From: Carcharhinus longimanus
Taxonomy: Eukaryota
Reading direction: 5' to 3'
DNA length: 64,000 nt
NCBI GenBank assembly: GCA_030264375.1
Contig: JASCQW010000142.1
Span: 19,559,763-19,623,762 of the forward strand
Part shown: piece after piece, positions 63,592 through 64,000 of the stretch
Layout: each line of letters opens with the position of its first letter
How positions within the stretch are numbered: the first letter of the stretch is position 1
Notes under the pieces: generated by a model
What the model was told of the DNA's origin: nothing
Databases searched by the model: none
Seen by the model: the letters and a program-made list of their open reading frames with translations, nothing else
Translations under genes and position numbers: made by a program

Positions 63592-64000
63592 NNNNNNNNN
63601 NNNNNNNNNNNNNNNNNNNNNNNNNNNNNNNNNNNNNNNNNNNNNNNNNNNNNNNNNNNNNNNNNNNNNNNNNNNNNNNNNNNNNNNNNNNNNNNNNNNN
63701 NNNNNNNNNNNNNNNNNNNNNNNNNNNNNNNNNNNNNNNNNNNNNNNNNNNNNNNNNNNNNNNNNNNNNNNNNNNNNNNNNNNNNNNNNNNNNNNNNNNN
63801 NNNNNNNNNNNNNNNNNNNNNNNNNNNNNNNNNNNNNNNNNNNNNNNAATATTGAAATATATTTTAATTAATGTAAATCAGGTTCACAGGTATTGTGAAC
63901 GTTGGTGAGAAGTGGGCAAGTTCCAAAATCATGATCTTGCTGGCGAGATATGCAACTTCTGTAACTTGAGCCCCCCCTCCCGGCATTCTCATAGATGGCA

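Noticed and set aside
1-64000. CRISPR arrays, rRNA, operons or other prokaryotic systems
   Set aside because: No regularly spaced repeats or gene-dense segments; content is vertebrate interspersed repeats

Overview
Eukaryotic, repeat-dense, essentially non-coding window with several assembly N-gaps. It is almost certainly from a shark (elasmobranch), inferred from about 29 copies of the HE1/V-SINE family plus CR1(HER1)-, L2- and Rex1-type LINE fragments. No intact host protein-coding gene is recognisable; nearly all ORF-track entries are SINE/LINE read-throughs or N-gap artefacts. Main structure: (i) three decayed PIF/Harbinger elements with a spliced Myb/SANT gene, one also holding a convergent HARBI1-like transposase remnant and one with perfect 17-bp TIRs, plus many Harbinger-type MITEs; (ii) Penelope-like element pieces with a GIY-YIG remnant and minimal hammerhead-ribozyme motifs; (iii) two decayed Gypsy LTR retrotransposons; (iv) a CCA-bearing tRNA-Lys(CTT) retrocopy; (v) a V-SINE subfamily whose 3' tail resembles the Rex1-type LINE end rather than HER1; (vi) repeat-free AT-rich islands with PBX-HOX/MEIS/SOX/RFX motifs that look like conserved non-coding elements, and a few low-confidence candidate exons. 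Family assignments are from recalled motifs, not database searches, and boundaries are approximate unless a TIR or TSD is quoted.
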